Shown: positions 1-7,879, numbered from the stretch's first letter. The stretch is DNA of 24,204 bases from a virus (IMGVR_UViG_3300010220_000142:1-24204); one strand, 5' to 3'. Made by a program: numbers and translations. The notes: generated by a model from the letters alone, not told the origin.

Positions 1-138
1 GCGGATGCAGTGGGGGAAACTCCAAGCAGGCAGTGCACAACTGTGCCCATCGCGGCCTGGGACGGAGACAGCTTCGCCGTGCCATCATTCCGGCGCAGCG
101 AATCCCCCTGCCGCTCTTTGACCTTGTAAACCTGTGAC

Positions 139-207
139 CCGGGCCGGGCGCTGCCCTGCGGTCGAGGCGTCTGGCGCTTCCCGCGGGGACACCACCCGGC
201 CCGGCTT
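139..207 (+). terminator. Long imperfect GC-rich hairpin just beyond the end of the lysis cassette; possible terminator
   Basis: ccgggccggg (139-148) pairs with cccggcccgg (195-204). Inner stems are ccctgcgg/ccgcgggg and gaggcgt/gcgcttc. G-U pairs favour the + strand, and only a short ttt follows. Confidence 0.35.
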
Positions 208-459
208 TCACCGACAGGCGCGTGCCTGGTCGCGCAGAACGGTGTAATCACTGAGCATCCGGACCAGCATCGCCCCTTCCTGCAGGGCCTCCAGCTCTCC
301 GGCGGCGCGTGCCTGTTCGGCGGCGGAGTAGTCGACCACCGGCGGACATGCCCCCGGCCCGCCCCGGTCAGAACCGCACGTCACGCAACCGGTCAGCCAG
401 AGCATCACGATCAGCGGGCCGGCGAGCAGCGGCTTCGAGCATCCGGCGATGGGTGGCAT
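208..459 (-). CDS. Rz1-like outer-membrane lipoprotein (o-spanin)
   Basis: MPPIAGCSKPLLAGPLIVMLWLTGC has a hydrophobic stretch and lipobox LTG-C (Cys codon 385-387), followed by a Pro/Cys-rich mature part. It overlaps the 3' end of the Rz-like gene in another frame and is the last lysis gene. The start is uncertain. Confidence 0.7.
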   Translation of the reverse strand: MPPIAGCSKPLLAGPLIVMLWLTGCVTCGSDRGGPGACPPVVDYSAAEQARAAGELEALQEGAMLVRMLSDYTVLRDQARACR

Positions 460-625
460 CACGTCTCTCCCGTGTTTCAAAGCGTTCAGCGGCGCGGCCT
501 GCGCGCTCGCCTGCGCGGCGCAGGGCCAACAGGAAGAGCAGGATCGCAGCACCGACGAGGATGAGCCCCGCCGCCCTGCGCCCCCATGCCGATCCGGCCA
601 GCGCGGCACCCAGCCCGCCGATCAT
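368..625 (-). CDS. Rz-like inner-membrane spanin (i-spanin)
   Basis: N-terminal TM segment (AAGLILVGAAILLFLLAL) followed by a charged helical region. ATGA overlap with the endolysin stop. Confidence 0.7.
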   Translation of the reverse strand: MIGGLGAALAGSAWGRRAAGLILVGAAILLFLLALRRAGERAGRAAERFETRERRDATHRRMLEAAARRPADRDALADRLRDVRF

Positions 626-1302
626 CGCCGCCCCCGCTTCCAGTCGTCGATGCGGGCATGGATGGTGACGGCGACACCGGCGAGGGCCACCGCGATGAAC
701 AGCCAGCGCAGGGTGTCGAGGTAAGGCACCAGCGGCTGGATGGCCCCCTGCGCCTCGGCGAGGACCTCCCTCACGCCCTCGACGCCGGCGGCCCCCAGCG
801 TTGCCACCCCGGCCGCGCCACCGCCCTTCAGGGTGCGGCTGTCGGCCAGCGCCTCGCGCGCAATCGGCGCTTCCGCGGCAAAGGCAGTCGCCCGCAGCGG
901 GAAGGGCTCGCCCCAGGAGCGGGCGGGACCGAGGTCGATATGCATGAATCCCGAGCGCGGGTAGTATCCGAACCCCAGAAACCCCACCGCCCGCGCCGCC
1001 GCCTCGAAGGCCACCGGATCGTGGTTTGCCATGGCGATATCAAACGCCGTGCCCTGCATGTGCTTCGAGGCCTTTGCCCCGCCGACGGCGCGGTTGTGCT
1101 CGGGGCTGCGGTAGGCCGAGCGGACGATCAGCGGCTTGCCGAGGCGGTCGCGGAGCGCCTGCAGCCTGTCCATGGCCTCGGGAACGAGCTTCAGCTGGCC
1201 GGTGCCGCGACAGGCGATCTCGGCGGGGGAGAAGTTCGGCCAGCGCCAGAGCTGCGGCGGCAGGTCGCGGAAGTGGCGATAATTGCGGATCGGGTCGGAC
1301 AT
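622..1302 (-). CDS. Endolysin, peptidase M15 (D-Ala-D-Ala carboxypeptidase/YcbK-like) family, with a C-terminal membrane segment
   Basis: M15 motifs SAYRSPEHNRAVGGA, SKHMQGTAFDI and FMHIDLG (Zn ligands H-D-H). Hydrophobic C-terminus LRWLFIAVALAGVAVTI. Located in the lysis cassette. Confidence 0.88.
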   Translation of the reverse strand: MSDPIRNYRHFRDLPPQLWRWPNFSPAEIACRGTGQLKLVPEAMDRLQALRDRLGKPLIVRSAYRSPEHNRAVGGAKASKHMQGTAFDIAMANHDPVAFEAAARAVGFLGFGYYPRSGFMHIDLGPARSWGEPFPLRATAFAAEAPIAREALADSRTLKGGGAAGVATLGAAGVEGVREVLAEAQGAIQPLVPYLDTLRWLFIAVALAGVAVTIHARIDDWKRGRR

Positions 1303-1339
1303 CGGGAAGCTCCTGTGACAGGGATGAACGGGGGGTGGA

Positions 1340-1376
1340 GAAACGGGAAAGGCCCGCAGCGGGTTGGCTGCAGGCC
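1340..1376 (-). terminator. Putative intrinsic terminator upstream of the endolysin gene
   Basis: Minus strand reads GGCCTGCAGC-caaccc-GCTGCGGGCC (10-bp stem, one G-U) followed by TTTCCCGTTTC. Confidence 0.5.
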
Positions 1377-1429
1377 CGGGTGGTCTCGGGGCGTGAGGAT
1401 CGGAAGCCAGGCCGCCCGGCGGGTGCGGC

Positions 1430-1735
1430 TCAGCCGCCGCTGCCGAAGATCTTCAGCTTCAGGGCAATGCCCGCGAGGAGGGCGAGGATGACGCCGGTGG
1501 TGATCAGATGGACGGTGGTCTGGACTGCGGTGCGGCGGATGAAGCGGATGCAGTCGAGGAGCGCGCGCAGATCGCGGACATCCATCGCGGCCTCCCGGCC
1601 ATCGAGGCCGACATCGGCGAGCGCGCGCCTTGCGCCGGCCTCGGCGGCCCGCGCGAGCAGATCCTCGAATCCGGCATCGGGCATGCGGACATGGCCGCCT
1701 TCGGTTGACGCATGCTCAGGGCGATGCGGGCTCAT
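1430..1735 (-). CDS. DUF6127-like small membrane protein (holin/antiholin candidate)
   Basis: FEDLLARAAEAGARRALADVGL pattern, one C-terminal TM helix (LITTGVILALLAGIAL), position immediately before the endolysin, ATGA-coupled to the upstream gene. Confidence 0.7.
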   Translation of the reverse strand: MSPHRPEHASTEGGHVRMPDAGFEDLLARAAEAGARRALADVGLDGREAAMDVRDLRALLDCIRFIRRTAVQTTVHLITTGVILALLAGIALKLKIFGSGG

Positions 1736-2730
1736 GCCGAGAGGATCCCGACTTCAGTGGGCAGGGTCGCGCTGGTCCAGGCGCTGTCATCGACGGGGTT
1801 CGCGGCCCATGTGGAATAGACGGCCGTCGGCGCGAGGCTGGGCACGGTGACGGGGGCCGCGTCATGATCGACCCCGCCGATGCGCAGGAAGCCCGCACTG
1901 GCCTCGGGCCCGTCGGTGCCGGCCTGGGCGATCTGCTTCACATGCACGGCGGCGATGGCGGCAACCGCAGCAGGTCCGGTCGGTCCGGTCAGCGAGAAGG
2001 AGAGCCGCTGGCCTGCCACATCGCTCGAGACCCGGGTGGCGATGTCACTGTCCTTCAGCGCATCGATGCTGCCCGCCATCTGGCTGTAGCTGGCGAGGGC
2101 ATGCGGCGTGCGGCGCACGAAGCGCCGGCCGATGGTCGAGACGCCATCGAGCACGGCGAGATGGGCGTAATACCAGGTGCGGGAGGAGCTGGTGCCATGC
2201 AGGCCGGTATTGGCGAAGACGATCTGCACCGGCTTGCCCTTGCCCGCGGTATTGGAGGCCGTGGCAGTGCTCTGCAGCACGCCATCGACATGGAAGTCGA
2301 TGGTGATGGCGGCGCCGACCGCCACGCGCACGTCGATCCACTGCGGCTGACCGTTGGCGGCAATGTAGCTGGACGCGCCCTGAACGGTGGTGTCGCCGCG
2401 GGCGATGGCATGATAGCGATCGGTGCTGGCCACCGGCTGGATCTGGGCGATGCGCGAGAGGCTGGCATCGTAGACATCGAGGAAGTTGGCACCGGCCTCG
2501 GTGATGCTGTCGCTGTCGCTATTTGGTGGCACATAGCGAAAGCCCAGCCAGAGGTCGCCCGCGGGGGCCGGGAAGGCAATCGAGAACGGCGCGACCAGTG
2601 TGCGCGATCCGCTGAAGCGGATGCCGTTGACGTCGAGGTTCGGATCGAAGCCGGCGGCGGCAGTGCTGATCATCCCGGCAATGCCGGAGACATCGGTCGG
2701 CTGATGGCCGAGATGCAGGATATGGCTCAT
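1732..2730 (-). CDS. Putative virion/receptor-binding protein, beta-rich lectin-like
   Basis: 332 aa, rich in Ala/Thr/Ser/Gly with an aromatic beta-strand pattern; C-terminal NPxDxxxWT motif; ATGA-coupled on both sides within the tail-fibre region. Confidence 0.55.
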   Translation of the reverse strand: MSHILHLGHQPTDVSGIAGMISTAAAGFDPNLDVNGIRFSGSRTLVAPFSIAFPAPAGDLWLGFRYVPPNSDSDSITEAGANFLDVYDASLSRIAQIQPVASTDRYHAIARGDTTVQGASSYIAANGQPQWIDVRVAVGAAITIDFHVDGVLQSTATASNTAGKGKPVQIVFANTGLHGTSSSRTWYYAHLAVLDGVSTIGRRFVRRTPHALASYSQMAGSIDALKDSDIATRVSSDVAGQRLSFSLTGPTGPAAVAAIAAVHVKQIAQAGTDGPEASAGFLRIGGVDHDAAPVTVPSLAPTAVYSTWAANPVDDSAWTSATLPTEVGILSA

Positions 2731-3596
2731 GGCAGTTCCACTTCGATATAGAGGGCGGATTGTGCACTGGTGAGGCCTGCGCCGCCGCCGTGTTCGAGGA
2801 TGAGCGCGGCTTCGGCGGGGCGGAGATGCCGCCCGCCGCCGAGATCGAACCAGGCCTCGACCTCCCCGATGCCGAGGTCGCGGCCCGGGCCGATCTCGAG
2901 GAAGGCCGAGACCTCGAAGAGGCGCAGATCGGGGTGCTCGTAGCCGAGTGGCAGCACGCCGGGGGGCACGGGATAGCTGAACTGCGAGGGGAGAGACCGC
3001 AGCGTGCCACCGTCACCGGAGTTGCGGCCCTGGATCTGCGGATGGAAGCCGGGGCTTGCGGCGGCGGTCCAGGTAGCGGGGCCGCTGACCGGATCGTCGC
3101 GCCAGATGCCGTTCCGGCCGATCCAGAGGCGGGCGGTGGCGGGATCGAGCACGAACATCAGCACATCGCCCGCGCCGAAGCCGGGCAGGCCGGTCAGTTG
3201 CTGGGTGGCGGTGGCATTGTTGGAGGACCAGAGGGTGCCATTGCCGCGCCAGCCGATCGAGCCGAGCGTGATCGGGTTGAGGCCGGCATTGTACTCCTCG
3301 CGCTGCGCGGCGGAGACGATGCCGATATAGCCGTCGAAACCTGCTGCCCCGCCGGGAGCGCAAAGGACTTCCCAATAGCGCCTCCCGTCGGAGGGCAGGA
3401 TGGCCTTCGCAGTCGGCACCCAAGGCAGGTAGTTGGCGCCGCCGGAGGTGTTGACGGCGGTCTGGTTGTCATCGGAGAGGCTGTAGCCGGCGGGGCAGCG
3501 GGTCACGTCGAGCTGCCAGGCGGTGCCGATATCCACCGGCGGTGCGGCCCCGCCGCCCTGCGCCAGGATCGCGGCGCGCAGCATCAGGAGGCTCAT
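2727..3596 (-). CDS. SPRY/B30.2-like (ConA-like) domain virion protein with C-terminal 17-aa repeats
   Basis: Likely start MSLLMLRAAIL at 3596 (ATGA overlap with the upstream stop). SPRY-like motifs LSDDNQTA, GRRYWEV, GDVLMFVLDPATARLWIGRNG and FSYPVPPG. Confidence 0.7.
   Translation of the reverse strand: MSLLMLRAAILAQGGGAAPPVDIGTAWQLDVTRCPAGYSLSDDNQTAVNTSGGANYLPWVPTAKAILPSDGRRYWEVLCAPGGAAGFDGYIGIVSAAQREEYNAGLNPITLGSIGWRGNGTLWSSNNATATQQLTGLPGFGAGDVLMFVLDPATARLWIGRNGIWRDDPVSGPATWTAAASPGFHPQIQGRNSGDGGTLRSLPSQFSYPVPPGVLPLGYEHPDLRLFEVSAFLEIGPGRDLGIGEVEAWFDLGGGRHLRPAEAALILEHGGGAGLTSAQSALYIEVELP
2730..2927 (-). repeat. Four degenerate ~17-aa tandem repeats at the C-terminus of the SPRY-like protein
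   Basis: LRLFEVSAFLEIGPGRD / LGIGEVEAWFDLGGGRH / LRPAEAALILEHGGGAG / LTSAQSALYIEVELP; 51-nt period, last unit 15 aa. Confidence 0.65.
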
Positions 3597-4270
3597 GCGA
3601 CGGCTCCTGCCAGTGCGCCTTGAATGACCCAGGCATCGGCGCCGCGCTTCACCAGCGCCACGCCGGACCAGGGACCGTCGAGGGCGACCGATCCGGCGGT
3701 GATGCCATTGAGCGAGACCCCGGCGGCGGCCTCGACGGTGGCGATCCCGGTGCCGATCTGCGTCACGTTGATCAGCGTGCCGGTCTCGAAGGGCACGGTC
3801 GCCTCGTCGGGGATCGTCACGGTGACGGCCGAGGAGCCGGTGGTCTCGATTATGCAGCCCTGATCGACGGGTTCCAGCACATGGCTGGGGACGGTGAGGG
3901 TGCGGATGTGCACGACGCCGGGCCGGGGCACCTCGACCCAGGAGCCGGAGGCGAAGCGGACATGCCGTGCCTCGTCCTCGACCCAGACCTGCCAGCCCTC
4001 GTCCGGGGTAAGATGGACCCATGCCGCTGCCCCGGCCGGCGACTGGTCCCAGAGCGCCAGCGCATTGGCATTGGCTCCGGCCGCAGCGGGCACGATGGCG
4101 ATCTGGCCCGCGCTGCCGGTGGCGGGCAGCGCGGCACTGCGGGAGGTGACGCGGGCCTGCACCAGCGCCGAGACCAGGCGCAGGTCCTCGCTGAGGCTCA
4201 TGCCCCAATCGCGCTGGCCGGGATCGTAGAAGGCGCGCAGCCCCAGTCCCGGCATGATCCGTTCCGGCAT
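3593..4270 (-). CDS. DUF2793-like tail fibre/adaptor protein
   Basis: N-terminal pattern (LPATGSAGQIAIVP...WVHLTPDEGWQVWVEDE) typical of DUF2793 proteins. C-terminal beta domain (VTVTIP...FETGTLINVTQIGTG). Follows the tail-tip gene. Confidence 0.7.
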   Translation of the reverse strand: MPERIMPGLGLRAFYDPGQRDWGMSLSEDLRLVSALVQARVTSRSAALPATGSAGQIAIVPAAAGANANALALWDQSPAGAAAWVHLTPDEGWQVWVEDEARHVRFASGSWVEVPRPGVVHIRTLTVPSHVLEPVDQGCIIETTGSSAVTVTIPDEATVPFETGTLINVTQIGTGIATVEAAAGVSLNGITAGSVALDGPWSGVALVKRGADAWVIQGALAGAVA

Positions 4271-4309
4271 GCTCGTCCTCGCGTGTCGTTGTGAAGGTGG
4301 TGGCGGGGC

Positions 4310-7300
4310 TCAACTGCCCCAGAGGAAGCCCCAGCCGCGGTCCCAGCCGGCGGCGAAGGGGGCGGTCAGGCGGAGCCAGCGCGCCTCGCGATCCGTCACC
4401 CAGCCGCCCTCGACGAGGTGGCGGGACCGGACGGCAATGTCGATCTCGGCGGTGCGCTCCGGCGCGCCCGCCTCGGGGATGTCCTCGGGCGCCAGAAGCC
4501 AGCCGGTGCCGGAGCCGGCGTCGATCACGAGGCCGGGCGGCAGGACAGGCACGTCGGTATCGGGATCGATCCAGCGGATCTCGATCGCATAGCCGACGCC
4601 CGGCTCCGGCCCGATCGAGGCCGCGGTGTGATCGGCGATCACCGGGCTGGTCTGGGTCAGCCGGTCGCGATGGGTCCAGGTGAGGGCAAGATCGCCGCTG
4701 ACCAGCGCATCGAGATCGGGGGCATAGCTGCCATTGCCCTGCACCCGCCCCGGCGGCAGGGGGCGGAGGGCGCGGCGGTCGAGGGTGACGCTATCCTCAG
4801 GGGACAAGGAGAAGATCAGGGTACCCTGGCCAGTCTGGGGAAGGAGTCGGACGGCCAGTGTCTCGCCCGCCGCCCAAGCATCTTCGGTCAGCCGGGCAGA
4901 TTCGTCAAAGAAGATCACCGGCGTCCCGGAGGGGTGGGCGCGCGGGACGGTGTCGAGACAGCCGCGGCCGAGAGTGACGGTGGTCGGCGTGACCCCGTCC
5001 ACCCGCACCAACTCGCCGCCGATGCCGGCCAGGGTGCCGATCGCCACCTCGCCGATGTCGCGCCAGCCGGTGACCGGGATCACCCGGGCCTCCGGATGGT
5101 CCGACAGCTCTGCAGCCAGCAGCGCTGTCGGCGCGAAGGCGACCACACCCTCCTCTTGCGGGCCGGTGCCGGGATCGATCCAGAGCTCCGCCGCCAGCGC
5201 ATCGGCACTGGGGCGCTCGCCGGTGGCAACAAGGGCACCCGCGTCCGGGTCCTCGGCGAGACGCCGGTCGGCCTCGCTGTGGCCGAGCTCGCGGACGAGG
5301 AGCCAGTAGGGGGCCTCCGCGACCATGCGGCGCGAGAGCGCCCGCGGCGGGGCGGCAATGCCGGTGCCGGTCGGCATCCGTCCGCCGGCGATGGCCGTGG
5401 CGCCCAAGGCAAAGACATCCTCGGCGAGCTTGAGGCGGATGCCGTTGTCGCGGCCATCGCCCTGACCGATCTCGGAGATCCGCATCACCACATCGTCGAG
5501 GCCCAGCCGGGCCGAGCGCAGCCGGATCACATCGCCGGGGCCGAGATCGGCGCCCGCGCGGGTGACCACGATCTCGCCGGTCAAGAGCGGGGCCGAGAGG
5601 GCGCGCAGATCGCGCTCGGCGACGCGCAGGGCGAGGCCCTGATAGCGAATCCCCGGATAGTCGAGCGTGGTGGCCAGCACCTCGCCCATGGCCTGGACCC
5701 TGGCGGTGTCGGTGACAGAGACCGCCCCGGTGTCGTCGGTCCAGGCATCGGTGAAACGGACGGTGACGCTGTTCACCAGATCGGAGGGCGCGCGACGCCC
5801 CAGCCGGCCCCAGTCCACCACATTGGTCTCATCGAACAGAGGAAGGCTCGATGCCACATAATCCGCCCGGATCAGCTTCAGCTCCCAAAGGCCGGTGCGA
5901 CGGTCGATGAAGAGCGTGGCATCGATATGGTCGAGCACGCTGGCGATGAACTCCTCGATGGACGAGTCCTGCTGCCAGATCAGCGACAGGCCGAAGCCTT
6001 CCGCATGGAGGGTATCGGCAGCGGCAGTGAAGCTGGCACCGATCTCGACGCTGGAATAGCCGAGGCCCCAGTCGCGGTTGGTCAGGCAGTCGCGGATGAT
6101 ATGGGCCGGGTTCATGTCCGGGCCATTGCCGAAGGCACCGCGCAGGGAGGCCACCAGCGCCTGCGGGTTGCCGGCCGGGATCACCGGCACGCCGTCGACG
6201 GGGGTGTTGTCGATGCGCGCGGTATGGCTGGTATCGGCCAGTGCGATGTTGAAGCCGAAGATGTCGGCGGGCGGCAGGTTGCGGATGAGGACCAGCGCCG
6301 CATCGACCGAAGCTGCCGGCGAGGGTTCGCCGTCGGTGACGAAGATCACGATCCGCCGCTTCGATCCACTGCCGGCAAAGAAGGCGGCGGCCCCGCTGAA
6401 GGCGGCATCGAAGCTCGTACCGCCCGAGGTGGTGTTGGAGAGCCCGAGCATCCAGGCCTCGAGGGCGGCGTAATCCTCCGGCCCCATGTCGCGCCGTTCG
6501 ACGGAGCCTGCGACACCGGCGTTCCAGAGCTGGATGCGGATGTCGTTCGGCCGGTCGGGATCGGTGCTGGCGGCGATCTCGCGCAGGAGTGCTGCGACGC
6601 CGGCCTTTTGCGCCGCCATACGGGTTCCCGACATCGAGCCCGAGACATCGAGGGCGATATGGATGGCGGCGTCCGAGATATTGGCCTCGGGCGTGAGGGC
6701 GGCCTTCTCGGGATACCATTGCGGGCTGCCCGCCTCGCCGGTCAGCACGCGGGTGACACGGACGGCCCATGGCTTCAGATAGGGGTTGATGCCGAGATAG
6801 ACCTGCCGCAGCACCAGGCTGCAGAGCCCGCGAAACCCTGGAACATCGCCCCCCATGCGGGCCGCGAGATAATCGTTCGGCCCCTGGCCCGGACCGCCCA
6901 TCAGCACATCGACATCGCCGCGGATGCCGCCTTCGCGGCTTTCGCCGCCGAAGAGCTCGGGCTTGTCGATGCGGATGCGGCCACCGCCAGCGCCCATGTT
7001 ACTGGCGGCGGTCGTGGCCTCGGAGACCTCGACGGATTGGGCGGCGAAGCTCAGGGCTTCGGGCAGGACGGTCCAGCGGGTGATGTTGGTCGTGGCGTCA
7101 TAGGTGACGGCCTTCAGCGTGATGGTCTGGCTCGTGCCGTTGGCGAGCGCGAGACGGTAGTCGCCGCCGATGCGGACGCCGGCGCGACTGCCCGGAAAGG
7201 AGATGGTCGCGCCGCTGTCACCTGCCAGGGCGGCAGTGGCCATCATCCCGGCGACCATGCCGATGCGGGTCTCGACGGCCGCCCCGCCGCCCGAGGCCGC

Positions 7301-7441
7301 ACCGCCGGTGGTGACCGACCAGGCGGTGCGGCGATCGACGAGGATCTCGCGGATCGCATCCACGGGCCCGTGGCAGAGCGCGAGATGCATCCCCAGCGAA
7401 TAGCGGTAGCCGACGGTCTGCGCCTTGCTGCTACCGCCCAT
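4310..7441 (-). CDS. Tail tip/host-specificity protein (gpJ-like central fibre) with an inserted vWA domain
   Basis: 1043 aa with GGSSKAQTVGYRY, LCHGPVDAI, LFGGESREGG, MNPAHIIRDCLTNRDWGLG, RGCLDTVP and WTHRDRLTQ blocks typical of siphovirus tail-tip proteins. MIDAS residues DVSGS...T...TDG are present. Confidence 0.85.
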   Translation of the reverse strand: MGGSSKAQTVGYRYSLGMHLALCHGPVDAIREILVDRRTAWSVTTGGAASGGGAAVETRIGMVAGMMATAALAGDSGATISFPGSRAGVRIGGDYRLALANGTSQTITLKAVTYDATTNITRWTVLPEALSFAAQSVEVSEATTAASNMGAGGGRIRIDKPELFGGESREGGIRGDVDVLMGGPGQGPNDYLAARMGGDVPGFRGLCSLVLRQVYLGINPYLKPWAVRVTRVLTGEAGSPQWYPEKAALTPEANISDAAIHIALDVSGSMSGTRMAAQKAGVAALLREIAASTDPDRPNDIRIQLWNAGVAGSVERRDMGPEDYAALEAWMLGLSNTTSGGTSFDAAFSGAAAFFAGSGSKRRIVIFVTDGEPSPAASVDAALVLIRNLPPADIFGFNIALADTSHTARIDNTPVDGVPVIPAGNPQALVASLRGAFGNGPDMNPAHIIRDCLTNRDWGLGYSSVEIGASFTAAADTLHAEGFGLSLIWQQDSSIEEFIASVLDHIDATLFIDRRTGLWELKLIRADYVASSLPLFDETNVVDWGRLGRRAPSDLVNSVTVRFTDAWTDDTGAVSVTDTARVQAMGEVLATTLDYPGIRYQGLALRVAERDLRALSAPLLTGEIVVTRAGADLGPGDVIRLRSARLGLDDVVMRISEIGQGDGRDNGIRLKLAEDVFALGATAIAGGRMPTGTGIAAPPRALSRRMVAEAPYWLLVRELGHSEADRRLAEDPDAGALVATGERPSADALAAELWIDPGTGPQEEGVVAFAPTALLAAELSDHPEARVIPVTGWRDIGEVAIGTLAGIGGELVRVDGVTPTTVTLGRGCLDTVPRAHPSGTPVIFFDESARLTEDAWAAGETLAVRLLPQTGQGTLIFSLSPEDSVTLDRRALRPLPPGRVQGNGSYAPDLDALVSGDLALTWTHRDRLTQTSPVIADHTAASIGPEPGVGYAIEIRWIDPDTDVPVLPPGLVIDAGSGTGWLLAPEDIPEAGAPERTAEIDIAVRSRHLVEGGWVTDREARWLRLTAPFAAGWDRGWGFLWGS

Positions 7442-7634
7442 CTCGTGACTCCCGCGCCTCGGCCTGCGTGATCACCGGCTCCACCAGCGCATCGCCGGTG
7501 GCGCGGAGGGTCTCCGCCTCGATGCCCCGGTCGAGGAAGTCCTGCCAGTCGAGCCCGTGGCGACGAAACCACGGACGCACGCCGGCGAGGCAGTAGCGCG
7601 CCGCGCGCAGGTCCTGGATGGTGACGTGGGTCAC
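7431..7634 (-). CDS. Small conserved tail assembly protein
   Basis: YCLAGVRPWFRRHGLDWQDFLDRGI pattern seen in this type of tail module. GTGA coupling upstream; overlaps the tail-tip gene start. Confidence 0.7.
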   Translation of the reverse strand: MTHVTIQDLRAARYCLAGVRPWFRRHGLDWQDFLDRGIEAETLRATGDALVEPVITQAEARESRDGR

Positions 7635-7879
7635 TTCTTGCCGCCTTTCTTCCTGATCGGATCGACCTTGAGATCACCGGCCCAGACCACATTGGGGCCG
7701 GTGATCAGCACGGTGCCGAAGACGACCGGGATCGGCCGTCCCTCTTCCGCCGTCGGCAGCGAGAAGTCGTCGAGCCCTGCCGCCTGCGGCTTCTCGACCT
7801 TGGGCCGCGGGCTCAGCGCATAGGAGATCGCCGAAAGCACCAGCCCGAGGACGAGCCGGGCGATGAAGGTCCAGACCAT
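7631..7879 (-). CDS. Small tail-tip assembly protein
   Basis: Hydrophobic N-terminus plus PTAEEGRPIPVVFGT...GPNVVW motif and a basic KKGGKK end. Lies between the BR0599-like and tail-tip genes. Confidence 0.75.
   Translation of the reverse strand: MVWTFIARLVLGLVLSAISYALSPRPKVEKPQAAGLDDFSLPTAEEGRPIPVVFGTVLITGPNVVWAGDLKVDPIRKKGGKK

Noticed and set aside
3597-4313. N-terminal 239 aa of the 528-aa ORF call
   Set aside because: Out-of-frame overlap with the DUF2793-like gene. The ATGA-coupled start at 3596 is more plausible.
1732-7441. Diversity-generating retroelement or invertible tail-fibre cassette
   Set aside because: No reverse transcriptase, invertase, TR/VR-like repeat pair or flanking inverted repeats were seen in the window.
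4418-7471. 1017-aa plus-strand ORF
   Set aside because: Antisense shadow of the tail-tip gene. Long stop-free opposite frames are expected at this GC and codon bias, and it has no recognisable motifs.
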